A stretch of 64,000 nt of DNA from Tolypothrix carrinoi HA7290-LM1 (GTDB lineage Bacteria; Cyanobacteriota; Cyanobacteriia; Cyanobacteriales; Nostocaceae): the NCBI GenBank assembly GCA_019358935.1, contig JAHHIK010000027.1, forward strand, positions 13,802-77,801. Reading direction: 5' to 3'. A program made the translations under genes and the position numbers. The notes below the pieces were generated by a model that searched no databases, was not told the origin of the DNA, and saw only the letters and a program-made list of their open reading frames with translations. Below, piece by piece: positions 54,537 to 63,614 of this stretch. Within the stretch, counting starts at the first letter, position 1; the number at the start of each line of letters is the position of its first letter.

Positions 54537-54909
54537 CTACTTGCTCTGAGTGTTGTTCAAATCTTGCAAGCCAAGGATAGTAGATAAAGATACTTCTAGT
54601 TGTCTTATATAATCATCATCCAGATGACCAATAACTTTAGTAATTCTTGATTTATCAATGAAGGAGGATTTATTCGCAAAGTATTACAGAGTCTTGGTTT
54701 AACACGCCAACTCCAGCAGGAACAAATACATGAGATGGTAAAAGGGCACGTCGAATTTTAGAAGTAAAAGGTGCAATAATTGTATGAGGACTAACGGCAT
54801 TAGCTCGGTCAATTTGTAAAATCACAACTGGTCTGATGCCTGCTTGTTCAGTGCCTATAACTGGATTTAAATCGCATAAAACCACATCCCCTCGTGTAAT
54901 TTCTACCAC
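54537..54909 (-). pseudogene. PemK/MazF toxin pseudogene
   Basis: RGDVV..DLNPVIGTEQAGIRPVVILQ...DSVILCE, then TAA and a frameshift, then IDKSRITKVIGHL...LSTILGL. Confidence 0.82.
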
Positions 54910-55130
54910 TGAATTTCTCCACGAGCCAAGCGATTTTCATAATCTTCCAAGTTGGATAGGTAGTCGGAAAAGTCAGACTCCACCGATTCTAAAGACTCTG
55001 TATCAAGCCATAAAGAAGAGTCTTTACTGCTATGTTTCCAAACCAGAAAGTCTATAAAATCACTGACTTCTTGAACCAGAGACTCTGGTAGTTGGCGGAT
55101 TTTGCCAATCGTTCTGTCATGTACAGTCAT
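54903..55130 (-). CDS. Putative antitoxin (DUF2281-like) upstream of the PemK pseudogene
   Basis: KIRQLPESLVQEVSDFIDFL; overlaps the toxin start. Confidence 0.7.
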   Translation of the reverse strand: MTVHDRTIGKIRQLPESLVQEVSDFIDFLVWKHSSKDSSLWLDTESLESVESDFSDYLSNLEDYENRLARGEIQW

Positions 55131-55212
55131 GAGGTCTAGGTTGCTAGTGTGGTTTTATTTTTAGAATACTCTGTATTCTCTCTCTTCCTCATTCCTCTGT
55201 GAACTCTGCGTC

Positions 55213-55348
55213 GCGCCAGTCGCACGCCAGGTGCTACAACGGGGGGAACCCCACGCCAGTCGCCTCAACGGAGGGAACCTCCGCACAGCGCTGGCTCCGC
55301 AACGCACTGGCTCCTCAACGGGGGGGAACCCCCGCACGGCGCTGGCTT
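55213..55348 (+). mobile_element. Three 45-46 bp structured elements nested inside one another
   Basis: Inner 55253-55297; middle 55224-55252 + 55298-55313; outer 55213-55223 + 55314-55348. Confidence 0.85.
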
Positions 55349-55525
55349 CTCTGCGGTTCGTTTTTCCATGACGAGTGCGTAAGTCCTAATAATGATAATT
55401 TGATTATTTTAACAAACGGATTTGCTAAAAAGACACAAAAAACACCATCTCAACAGATTGATTTAGCAGAACAACGAAAACGAGATTATCTCAATAGAAA
55501 AGAAAGCGAGGAAAATGATGAGTGA
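55349..55525 (+). pseudogene. 3' remnant of a RelE/HigB (Gp49-like) toxin
   Basis: [26 protein letters not shown]-terminus; N-terminus missing, with repeats in its place. Confidence 0.75.
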
Positions 55526-55793
55526 CGTAGAAAATTACATTGCAAAACGCAAGCATACTGACATTGAGTTTGCCGAAAATTTTGAATCTGGATATATCAG
55601 CTTTAAAATTGGAGTACTGTTGGCAGAAGCAAGAATTGCAGCAGGAATGACACAAGAAGAATTAGCACGTCGGTTAAATTTAGATAAATCCACAATCATC
55701 AATCTTGAAAATAATGCCGAAGATGTAGGGATTTCGACCTTAGAAAAATATGCAAAAGCTTTAGGAAAAAAACTTTTTGTAGAGATTCAATAA
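55515..55793 (+). CDS. HigA-like XRE HTH antitoxin
   Basis: [18 protein letters not shown]...KSTI..LEN....ISTL.KYAKALG. Confidence 0.88.
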   Translation: MMSDVENYIAKRKHTDIEFAENFESGYISFKIGVLLAEARIAAGMTQEELARRLNLDKSTIINLENNAEDVGISTLEKYAKALGKKLFVEIQ

Positions 55794-56161
55794 ACGTGAG
55801 TTCGACGAATAAAATATGACCCCTCTCCAAACCTCTCCCCGCTTCGGGGAGAGGCTTTGAAACTTTCGAGGATTTTGCAAGAAATATTAATCGCAGTCAA
55901 AGCCAGAGAAAAAAAATCATTGGGGTAGTCGCTTTTTGCCATCGATGACGAAGGGTAGTAAGTCGAAGAAGTCACCAGGGCAAATGAGTTTACCTTGGGA
56001 TAAGCAAAAAGTGACAGAAAGCACGGAGGTGCATGAAGTAGCAGAAAAATTTATCCGCGCTAACGGCTTTTACCCAGCAGTGCCAGGTATCGAATTTGTG
56101 GAATGCTGATTACTTCGTGGTCAGAAAGGCTGTAATAAATCTTTATAATTGTCTGAAACGC

Positions 56162-57781
56162 TTAAATGTTACAGTTTACAAGTCTCGATGCGAGAGAAGA
56201 CCGAGAACTCCACCCACCATAAATCCTTAAACTACAAAAAAATTCTATTAAAATAGTCGATGGGAGGTGTCCAAGAGGTGCTGAGGTGTTAATTGTTTGG
56301 CACGTATCTGTGTTGATTGTCCAGTTATTATCCACTTTCCATCCAACGCGATCGCCATACTTATCCCAGGCTTCTTTATAATACTTGCCGTCAGCCTTCC
56401 CGCCACAGCTCAGGTAAATTTCCTTTTGAACGCTGAAGCCAAAGCGCCCATTGCTATATTTTACCCACAGGCGGTCAATCGTGCGTAGGTCTGTACAGGG
56501 AAAGTTTAATAGTTCGTCAGACTCAAAGTAGTCATTTTCCTTCTTCCCTACAGCCTGAATCATCACCAGGTAAGTTTCATAATCAGCTTCTTTCCAGCTG
56601 CCTGCTTTCAATAAGTCGCGCAGCTTGGTGTAGTCTACACCTTTTTCTGAACTCAGGTCATCTTCTGTAGAGGGGAGTGGGGAATCGGTAGAGACGCGAT
56701 TAATCGCGTCTAAGCGATTATGTATGGGTGCAACATCCTCATCTCTAAGTTTAAGACTTTGCTGATATCGCTTCAACTCCTCACGAGTCTCATCACTTAG
56801 AATAACTTCCTCTTCTAATGCTTCAGCTAGAACTGTTTCATATTCCTGCAAACTTTCCTGAAACTCACGGAATGGTTTAAGAACTTCCTCTTTTATCGCA
56901 GCTGCTACTTCAGGTGTTAACCCAAATTCCCTTTGCTTGCGATTAAGAATATTACGTCCCACAACCGAGAAGCTACCATCTTTCCGGACACATCGCTCAA
57001 CTTCTTTACGATATTCTAATTCTGAGCTTCGTGGCACATTCGCTAAACGGATTTTATAACCTTCTTGAACAGCATAAATTTCCGGTTTCATCGCAGGTTT
57101 TGCTTCCTGCACCTTGCGCTTGGCATATTCATGCAGTTCATCTACTGTAATTACACCATCGTTGTTAGTATCAGCTGCTCCTTTTTCAATTCCCTCAACT
57201 AAATAGCGGGTGTAAACTCCCCCTCCCGCATCTTCAAACGAAACTTGTGTAGCTGTTGAAGAGGTTAACACGGCTCTGCCTTCACCACCTAATTGAGCTT
57301 TGATTTCATCCTTAATACTGACAACAACAGCTTCTTTTACACTCATACCCTCAGCAAAAGCACCGCTAAAGCAGCAGTCAAGAATTAACACCTGTCGCTT
57401 TGACTTGCTGCGACTCATGTAATTTTCATGAATAAACTTGGCATTTACTGCTGTTCCAATCCTTGGTAGTCCCTGAGGGTTGATTTGGGTGGTATGGCTA
57501 ACAAAGAATAAATTTCCATCTTCATGTTTATAGCCATGTCCAGAAAAATAGAGCAGCACAATGTCATCTTTTTGACATTTTTCCATAAACAACTGCTCAA
57601 TCTCCGACTGCATGGTGAAGGAATCAGGGTTAGGCAACAATTTTACTTCATCAAATCCACCTATTTTTGAATCCAGTAAAACACGCTGCATTGTTTCGAT
57701 GTCTTTCGCGACACCAGGTAGCGGCTTTAACTGATTATGCTGATATTCACTTACACCAATTAGCAATGCATATTTCGCCAT
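56162..57781 (-). CDS. Caspase-family (peptidase C14) + helical linker + GUN4-like domain protein
   Basis: ALLIGVSEY, LYFSGHG, ILDCCFSG; LSSEKGVDYTKLRDLL...WKEAD, FPCTDLRTIDRLW..YS.GRFGFSVQK, AP.GHLP. Confidence 0.92.
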   Translation of the reverse strand: MAKYALLIGVSEYQHNQLKPLPGVAKDIETMQRVLLDSKIGGFDEVKLLPNPDSFTMQSEIEQLFMEKCQKDDIVLLYFSGHGYKHEDGNLFFVSHTTQINPQGLPRIGTAVNAKFIHENYMSRSKSKRQVLILDCCFSGAFAEGMSVKEAVVVSIKDEIKAQLGGEGRAVLTSSTATQVSFEDAGGGVYTRYLVEGIEKGAADTNNDGVITVDELHEYAKRKVQEAKPAMKPEIYAVQEGYKIRLANVPRSSELEYRKEVERCVRKDGSFSVVGRNILNRKQREFGLTPEVAAAIKEEVLKPFREFQESLQEYETVLAEALEEEVILSDETREELKRYQQSLKLRDEDVAPIHNRLDAINRVSTDSPLPSTEDDLSSEKGVDYTKLRDLLKAGSWKEADYETYLVMIQAVGKKENDYFESDELLNFPCTDLRTIDRLWVKYSNGRFGFSVQKEIYLSCGGKADGKYYKEAWDKYGDRVGWKVDNNWTINTDTCQTINTSAPLGHLPSTILIEFFCSLRIYGGWSSRSSLASRLVNCNI

Positions 57782-57818
57782 TTTACTAGCTTAATTTTTA
57801 ATATATTAATTTGCAATA

Positions 57819-59465
57819 TTACAGTTTACAAGTCTCAATGCGAGAGACAACAGAAGAGAAAAAAAGCACCGCCTTTTCCCCAGCACCCCAAAAGGGTAAA
57901 TGTCCTTCTGGTGCAGAGGTGTCAAAATTAATATTATTTAGAGAATCAATCCAATTATTATCTACTTTCCAGCCGACGCGATCGCCCAACAATTCCCAGG
58001 CTTCTTCATAATACTGTCCGTCATCCTTACCGCCGATGCTGATGTAAATTTGCTTTTGAACAGTGAAGCCAAAACGCCCATCGCTATATTTTACCCACAG
58101 GCGATCAATCGTGCGTAGGTCTGTACAGGGAAAGTTTAATAGATCGTCTCGCTCAAAGTAATCATTTTCCTTTTTCCCTACAGCCTGAATCATCACCAAG
58201 TAAGTTTCATAGTCAGCTTCTTTCCAATTGCCTGTCTTCAATAAGTCGCGCAATTTAGTGTAGTCTATACCTTTTTCTGAACTAAGGTCATCTTCATCGG
58301 ATACAGTTTGTTGAGGTTCGGGTGTCAAAGTTGGCTGCTGGGGAGTGTCGATTGTCGAGATTGGCTGTTCGGGAATTAAGCGATCGTGTATCGGTGCAAC
58401 ATCCTCATCTCTAAGTTTGAGAGTTTGCTGATATCGCTTCAAAATTTCCCAACTACCATCACTAAGAACAGCTTCATCTTTCAATGCCTCAGTTAGAGTT
58501 TCTTCATATTCTTGCAAACTCTGCTGAAACTCACGGATTGGTTGGAGAACTTCCTCTTCTATCTTTGCTGCTTGTTCTGAATTTAATTTAAAATCTGTTT
58601 GCTTACGATTTAAATGCTTGCGTCCTAAATTCGAGAAACTATTATTTTCAACTGAGAACGCACCATTTTTCACACATTCTTCAACTTCTTTACGATATCC
58701 TAATTCTGAGCTTAGGGGTGCATTCGCCAGACGTATTTTATAACCTTCTTGAACAGCATAAATTTCCGGTTTCATCGCAGGTTTTGATTCCTGCGCTTTA
58801 CGCTTGGCATATTCATGCAGTTCATCTATTGTAATTACACCATCGTTGTCACTATCAGCTGCTCCTTTTTCAATCCCCTCAACTAAATAGCGGGTGTAAA
58901 CTCCCCCTCCCGCATCTTCAAACGAAACTTGTGCAGCTGTTGAAGAGGTTAACACAGCTCTGCCTTCACCACCTAATTGAGCTTCGATTTCATTCTTAAT
59001 ACTGACAACAACAGCTTCTTTTGCACTCATACCCTCAGCAAAAGCACCGCTAAAGCAGCAGTCAAGAATTAACACTTGTCGTTTTGACTTGCTGCGACCC
59101 ATGTAACGTTCATGAATAAATTTAGCATCTACAGCTGTTCCAATCCTCAATCCCCCCTGAGGGTTGATTTGTGTGTTGTGACTAACAAAGAACAGATTCC
59201 CATCTTCATCTCTATAGCCATGTCCAGAAAAATAGAGCAGCACAATGTCATCTGTTTGACATTTTTCCATAAATAACTGCTCAATCTCCGATCGCATGGC
59301 ATCTGAGTCAGGATTAGTTAACAATTTTACTTCATCAAACCCGCCTGTCTTTGAATCCTGCAAAACACGCTGCATTGCTTCGATGTCTTTAACAACACCG
59401 GGTAACGGCTTTAACGGCTTAGACTGATACTCACTAATTCCAATCAGCAATGCATATTTCGCCAT
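57819..59465 (-). CDS. Tandem paralog: caspase-family + helical linker + GUN4-like domain protein
   Basis: Same motifs; long near-identical stretches shared with 56162-57781. Confidence 0.92.
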   Translation of the reverse strand: MAKYALLIGISEYQSKPLKPLPGVVKDIEAMQRVLQDSKTGGFDEVKLLTNPDSDAMRSEIEQLFMEKCQTDDIVLLYFSGHGYRDEDGNLFFVSHNTQINPQGGLRIGTAVDAKFIHERYMGRSKSKRQVLILDCCFSGAFAEGMSAKEAVVVSIKNEIEAQLGGEGRAVLTSSTAAQVSFEDAGGGVYTRYLVEGIEKGAADSDNDGVITIDELHEYAKRKAQESKPAMKPEIYAVQEGYKIRLANAPLSSELGYRKEVEECVKNGAFSVENNSFSNLGRKHLNRKQTDFKLNSEQAAKIEEEVLQPIREFQQSLQEYEETLTEALKDEAVLSDGSWEILKRYQQTLKLRDEDVAPIHDRLIPEQPISTIDTPQQPTLTPEPQQTVSDEDDLSSEKGIDYTKLRDLLKTGNWKEADYETYLVMIQAVGKKENDYFERDDLLNFPCTDLRTIDRLWVKYSDGRFGFTVQKQIYISIGGKDDGQYYEEAWELLGDRVGWKVDNNWIDSLNNINFDTSAPEGHLPFWGAGEKAVLFFSSVVSRIETCKL

Positions 59466-59563
59466 TTTGCTTGCCTAATTTTTAATATATAAATCTTTTA
59501 TACAATATAAGGTGTACGGTGCGTTAGGCTAATGCCGTAACGCACCCTACAAACTACTACAAA

Positions 59564-61003
59564 CTACAAACTTTGATTTGATAAAAGCAGCTTTCTCAAA
59601 AACTCAGCTTTTTCCAAACTAAGGCGATAAATTTCCGGTTCTGGCTTACCAACAATATGTCCTTGAATATAGTTTACACCTAGCTCTTTGAGTCTCTGCA
59701 AGCTTATGGGACTAGCCTCATCCACACCTTCAACAATTACATTTGATGGATTTAAATTATTTGCTCCTACAAGTTCGTGAACAAAGCGAATAATAATATC
59801 ACATGGTTGATGATGCAGAATCTCTCGGTCAATTTTCACATGACATGGATTCAATCCGGCTAAACGAGAGACTGAAGAATAGCCGACTCCAAAATCATCA
59901 ATGGCAAATTTAATCTGAAATTTGCGTACATATTCTAATAGTCTATTTTTGAAAGTTTTCAAAGGATACTTGAGGCGAATACCATCTTTATAATGTGGAA
60001 CTTCGGCTTTTTCAGAAATTTCTAATATAAGATTTCTTGGGGAAATAACATTATCTTTGATAATATGACGTACTGTTTCAAAGTATGCTGTCTGCATCAA
60101 AGATTCTGGATAAACATTAACTGATAATGGGACAATTTCATGGGAACGATTTTGTTTTGCTTTTTGTCTAGCCTCTAGATAAGTTTTTGTGGCAACTATC
60201 AGAAAATATCGGTCAAGTTCAACCATGAAATCATGCCGCCACAATTCTGCTGCTTCAAATAAATCTGAAGGTGCAGTTAAGCTATCTGGATTTCTTGCTA
60301 AGGCTTCCCAACCGCTAATAAATAAGTCTTCTGGATCTAAATGCAATACTGGTTCAAAGAATACAATCATTCGTTGCAGACGTTCGCGGAATAATTGAAA
60401 TCTTTTTTGATGTAAAGATGCAGAAACAAAGCCAAAATCTCTCTTTAAATCATCAATAATAGTAGCTTCGACTAATGCAGGGTGAAGTGGTATTTTCTGA
60501 CAAGCTTGATAAAAACTTGATAAAATTCTGCCGAATGCATCTTCTAAAAGATATGAATCTTGTTTTAAACCGCAAACAACCATAACTTCAGTTTTTTGTG
60601 ATGATTGCAGCGGTATTATAACAATAGCTCTAACAATACCTTTTTTAGTTTCATAGATTTTATAACTTCCATGATGACCGGGATAAAATACTGATTTTTC
60701 GGAAATAATCGGCAAAATTATTGATTTGAAAGTTTCAATATCAGTATCTGGTTCTATATCTTCAGCTAAATTGCTTTGTGCTTTAACAACCCAGTTATCT
60801 TGACCGCGATCGCGTAACACAAAAACCAAATCTGCTGACGATGAATATTGAATTATTTCTAAGATGCGAGTTGCTATATCATTAGTTGAACTATTATTTA
60901 CAAAGTCTGTCAGCCGTGTTATTAAACTATTTATAAAAAATTCATATGGTTCTAAAAAGTTATGCAAATAAGAAGTTTGGGAATGTAGAATTACGTCGGA
61001 CAT
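59564..61003 (-). CDS. EAL-domain (c-di-GMP phosphodiesterase) protein with unrecognised N-terminal domain
   Basis: GWEALAR, SVNV, LEISE, AIDDFGVGYSS, VKIDR, VEGV, IQG. Confidence 0.88.
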   Translation of the reverse strand: MSDVILHSQTSYLHNFLEPYEFFINSLITRLTDFVNNSSTNDIATRILEIIQYSSSADLVFVLRDRGQDNWVVKAQSNLAEDIEPDTDIETFKSIILPIISEKSVFYPGHHGSYKIYETKKGIVRAIVIIPLQSSQKTEVMVVCGLKQDSYLLEDAFGRILSSFYQACQKIPLHPALVEATIIDDLKRDFGFVSASLHQKRFQLFRERLQRMIVFFEPVLHLDPEDLFISGWEALARNPDSLTAPSDLFEAAELWRHDFMVELDRYFLIVATKTYLEARQKAKQNRSHEIVPLSVNVYPESLMQTAYFETVRHIIKDNVISPRNLILEISEKAEVPHYKDGIRLKYPLKTFKNRLLEYVRKFQIKFAIDDFGVGYSSVSRLAGLNPCHVKIDREILHHQPCDIIIRFVHELVGANNLNPSNVIVEGVDEASPISLQRLKELGVNYIQGHIVGKPEPEIYRLSLEKAEFLRKLLLSNQSL

Positions 61004-61311
61004 GCTTTTTTACAATATTATATTTGGGATGACATCAATTATTGTCATTCCTACATGATGAATGTTAGTTACAATTTTAACAACTTAGTAGAGGAAACAA
61101 GTAGTAATAATACATACGGTAAAGCCGAACATTAAAATGTTCGGCTCACTTGAAGCGCGTTCGCGAAGCGTTGCCGTACTCGGCATCGCATAAAAATTTG
61201 GCGCTTTCATACACAAGCGCGTTCACAAAGTGACTCTGTAAGAGTATCGCCTCGGAGAAACGCAAGTTACATGGACGTGCGATCGCGCTAAGATTGAGAC
61301 TACAACAAGCC

Positions 61312-61701
61312 TTACATGTTTAATAAATCTAGCGTTTGCTCCAAGTGCATTTTAGCTTTGTGCAAATTAAGCAATGCTTCTTGGTCATAACGTTGAGGAT
61401 ACTCTAAACGCTTGCCTTGCATCGTTGCTTTAATTAGTGCAGCAAGCTTTTCTGTAGGTTGTCCCATCTGGTCTAACGCTTGTCCTAAGTCCTGATAGCC
61501 TTTAAAGGTCATTCTTGTCAATCCTTCCCCTTCCTTCATCTGACGCAATGCAATAGCCGCAAACGTCAGCAAAGCATCAATCCAAGCAGTTTTATAAGCA
61601 GGGTTTCCCAGTGGTTTAAGTCCGTACTGCTTGCAGAGTCCCTTTAGTTCCCCAAGGGTTTTGATTTTAATTTGTGAACGTGTAAACATGGAATTGTCCA
61701 T
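61312..61701 (-). CDS. Hypothetical protein with possible N-terminal SAP/HeH-like helix pair
   Basis: KTLGELKGLCKQYGLKP.G...K..WIDALL. Confidence 0.55.
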   Translation of the reverse strand: MDNSMFTRSQIKIKTLGELKGLCKQYGLKPLGNPAYKTAWIDALLTFAAIALRQMKEGEGLTRMTFKGYQDLGQALDQMGQPTEKLAALIKATMQGKRLEYPQRYDQEALLNLHKAKMHLEQTLDLLNM

Positions 61702-61813
61702 TTTAAAAAGGTGGATATTGGCAGGGGAAAACTTTGGACGGTGAACCCTTGCCAATTATTCATTAATCCACATGCTAACTCCTGTTTCAACTAATATTTA
61801 CATTTCTTAATTA

Positions 61814-62017
61814 ATGCCTAACCCCAAAGGGAACCCAGAAAGTTTAAAGCCATTTACTACCGATAGGGATGAACCACTAGTAAAACAAATTAACGTGCGA
61901 GTATCAGCGTCAATGTACGTGAAACTAAAATCTGTTGATAATTACCCTGAGTTTGTGAGACAGGCTATAGCGAAGGCTTTGAGTGAATTAGAGGATAGTG
62001 ATGAGGATTCTACTTAA
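61814..62017 (+). CDS. Small ribbon-helix-helix (CopG-like) DNA-binding protein
   Basis: KQINVRVSASMYVKLK....EFVRQAIAKAL. Confidence 0.65.
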   Translation: MPNPKGNPESLKPFTTDRDEPLVKQINVRVSASMYVKLKSVDNYPEFVRQAIAKALSELEDSDEDST

Positions 62018-62144
62018 AGTAATTACTTTAAGTAAAATGAACAAGGTATCTCTATCAATATTTATAATTTTTCCTTATTCAACCATTTAACCATTTATAA
62101 ACTGAACAAAAATGGTTGAAAGCCGTATACTACTGTCAGAAAAA

Positions 62145-62229
62145 CGGAGAGACAGGGATTCGAACCCTGGTTAAGTTGCCCTAAACAGCATTTCCAGTGC
62201 TGCGCCTTCAACCACTCGGCCATCTCTCC
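62145..62229 (-). tRNA. trnS: tRNA-Ser(GGA)
   Basis: Reverse complement GGAGAGATGGCCGAGTGG...CAGCA-CTGGAAA-TGCTG, long variable arm, GGTTCGAATCC...TCTCTCCG. Confidence 0.97.
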
Positions 62230-62286
62230 AGATGCCACAATTTATAATATTACTATAAAATCGCAAAAAATGCAAAGATATTTTTT

Positions 62287-62490
62287 GGGAATGGGTAATG
62301 GGGAATGGGGAATGGGGAATGGGTAATCGGGCAGGGGGGCAGGGGGGCAGGGGGGCAGGGGGAGAAATATTTCTTCTTTCTTACCGATGCCCAATGCCCA
62401 ATGCCCTATGCCCTATGCCCTATGCCCTATGCCCTATGCCCTATGCCCTATGCCCAATTACCAATTACCAATTACCAATTACCCAATCCA
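62287..62490. repeat. STRR arrays (gggaatg, ggggcagg, atgccct, accaatt)
   Basis: Directly visible. Confidence 0.88.
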
Positions 62491-62498
62491 AAATCAAG

Positions 62499-62867
62499 AT
62501 GTCTCGTACATACACAATTAAAGTTCGCGATCGCGCTTCTGGTAAAGAATACACTCTAGAAGTGCCAGAAGACCGCTACATTCTGCACAGTGGCGAAAAA
62601 CAAGGGGTAGAACTGCCGTTTTTGTGCCGAAATGGTGCTTGTACCACTTGTGCTGTGCGAGTGCTGTCAGGAGAAATTTATCAACCGGAGGCGATCGGAC
62701 TTTCCCCAGAGTTGCAGCGTCAAGGCTATGCGCTGTTGTGTGTCAGTTACGCACGTTCTGATTTGTACGTGGAGACACAAGACGAAGACGAAGTTTATGA
62801 ACTTCAGTTTGGACGCTATTTTGCTAGAGGAAAAGTGAAAGCGGGTTTACCTTTAGATGAAGATTAA
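62499..62867 (+). CDS. 2Fe-2S ferredoxin
   Basis: LPFLCRNGACTTC, GYALLCVSY..SD, EDEVYELQFG; the track's longer N-terminus is STRR read-through. Confidence 0.93.
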   Translation: MSRTYTIKVRDRASGKEYTLEVPEDRYILHSGEKQGVELPFLCRNGACTTCAVRVLSGEIYQPEAIGLSPELQRQGYALLCVSYARSDLYVETQDEDEVYELQFGRYFARGKVKAGLPLDED

Positions 62868-62869
62868 GG

Positions 62870-63092
62870 AGTTATTAGTTGATAGTAGTTAGTTGATGAT
62901 TGTTAATTGTTAGTTGATGGTTGTTATTTGTTAATTGATAAGTAATTAGTAGTTAGTTGATAGTTATTGGTCAACAGTCAACAGTTATCGATTAACGACT
63001 AACCAATAACCACTAACAACTAACATCAATTAACCACTAACAATTAACGACTAACGACTAACCAATAACCACTAACCACTAACAACTAACCA
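62870..63092. repeat. Inverted heptamer arrays (tagttga / actaacc)
   Basis: Directly visible. Confidence 0.8.
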
Positions 63093-63614
63093 ATGATTAA
63101 AATCATAATTTTAGCTTGCCTGTTACTTCTAATGGGTTGTCAACCTAAAACCCCGCTTGCAGACAATCAGCCGTTGGTGAAAGTGGCGCGGGTGGTGAGT
63201 GGGCAAACGCTGGAGGTGTTAGGCTTGGCAGAGCAACCCAATTTGATTTCTCAGGTGCGGTTGGTTGGTATAGAAGCACCAGATTTGCGCCAGCGTCCGT
63301 GGGGAGATACGGCGAAAGATGCGTTAGAAATGATGATTGGCGGTGCAGAACAATATGTCAAGCTGGAGTTTGATATCCAACCCAAAGACAAAATCGGGAG
63401 AACTTTGGCTTATGTGTGGAAAGATAAGGTGTTCTTGAATGAACGGCTAGTCAAACAAGGGAATGTGCTGTTTGTTGCGCGATCGCCTAATCATAAATAT
63501 GACCAACTTTTAGATCGCGCTCAACAATGGGCTAGACTCATGCAACAAGGCATTTGGAACCCGGAAAAACCGATGCGTCTGACTCCCGGTGAGTTTCGCC
63601 GTCAAAATCGTTAA
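63093..63614 (+). CDS. Thermonuclease (SNase-like) lipoprotein
   Basis: Lipobox LMGC; VRLVGIEAP, D..GRTLAYVW, NERLVKQG, AR....GIW. Confidence 0.9.
   Translation: MIKIIILACLLLLMGCQPKTPLADNQPLVKVARVVSGQTLEVLGLAEQPNLISQVRLVGIEAPDLRQRPWGDTAKDALEMMIGGAEQYVKLEFDIQPKDKIGRTLAYVWKDKVFLNERLVKQGNVLFVARSPNHKYDQLLDRAQQWARLMQQGIWNPEKPMRLTPGEFRRQNR

Noticed and set aside
55985..56109. 41-codon ORF MSLPWDKQ...FVEC
   Set aside because: May be a gene remnant, but I recognise no family and upstream frames are broken
56162..59465. Canonical diversity-generating retroelement
   Set aside because: No reverse transcriptase or template repeat seen; paralog differences include indels and are not adenine-specific
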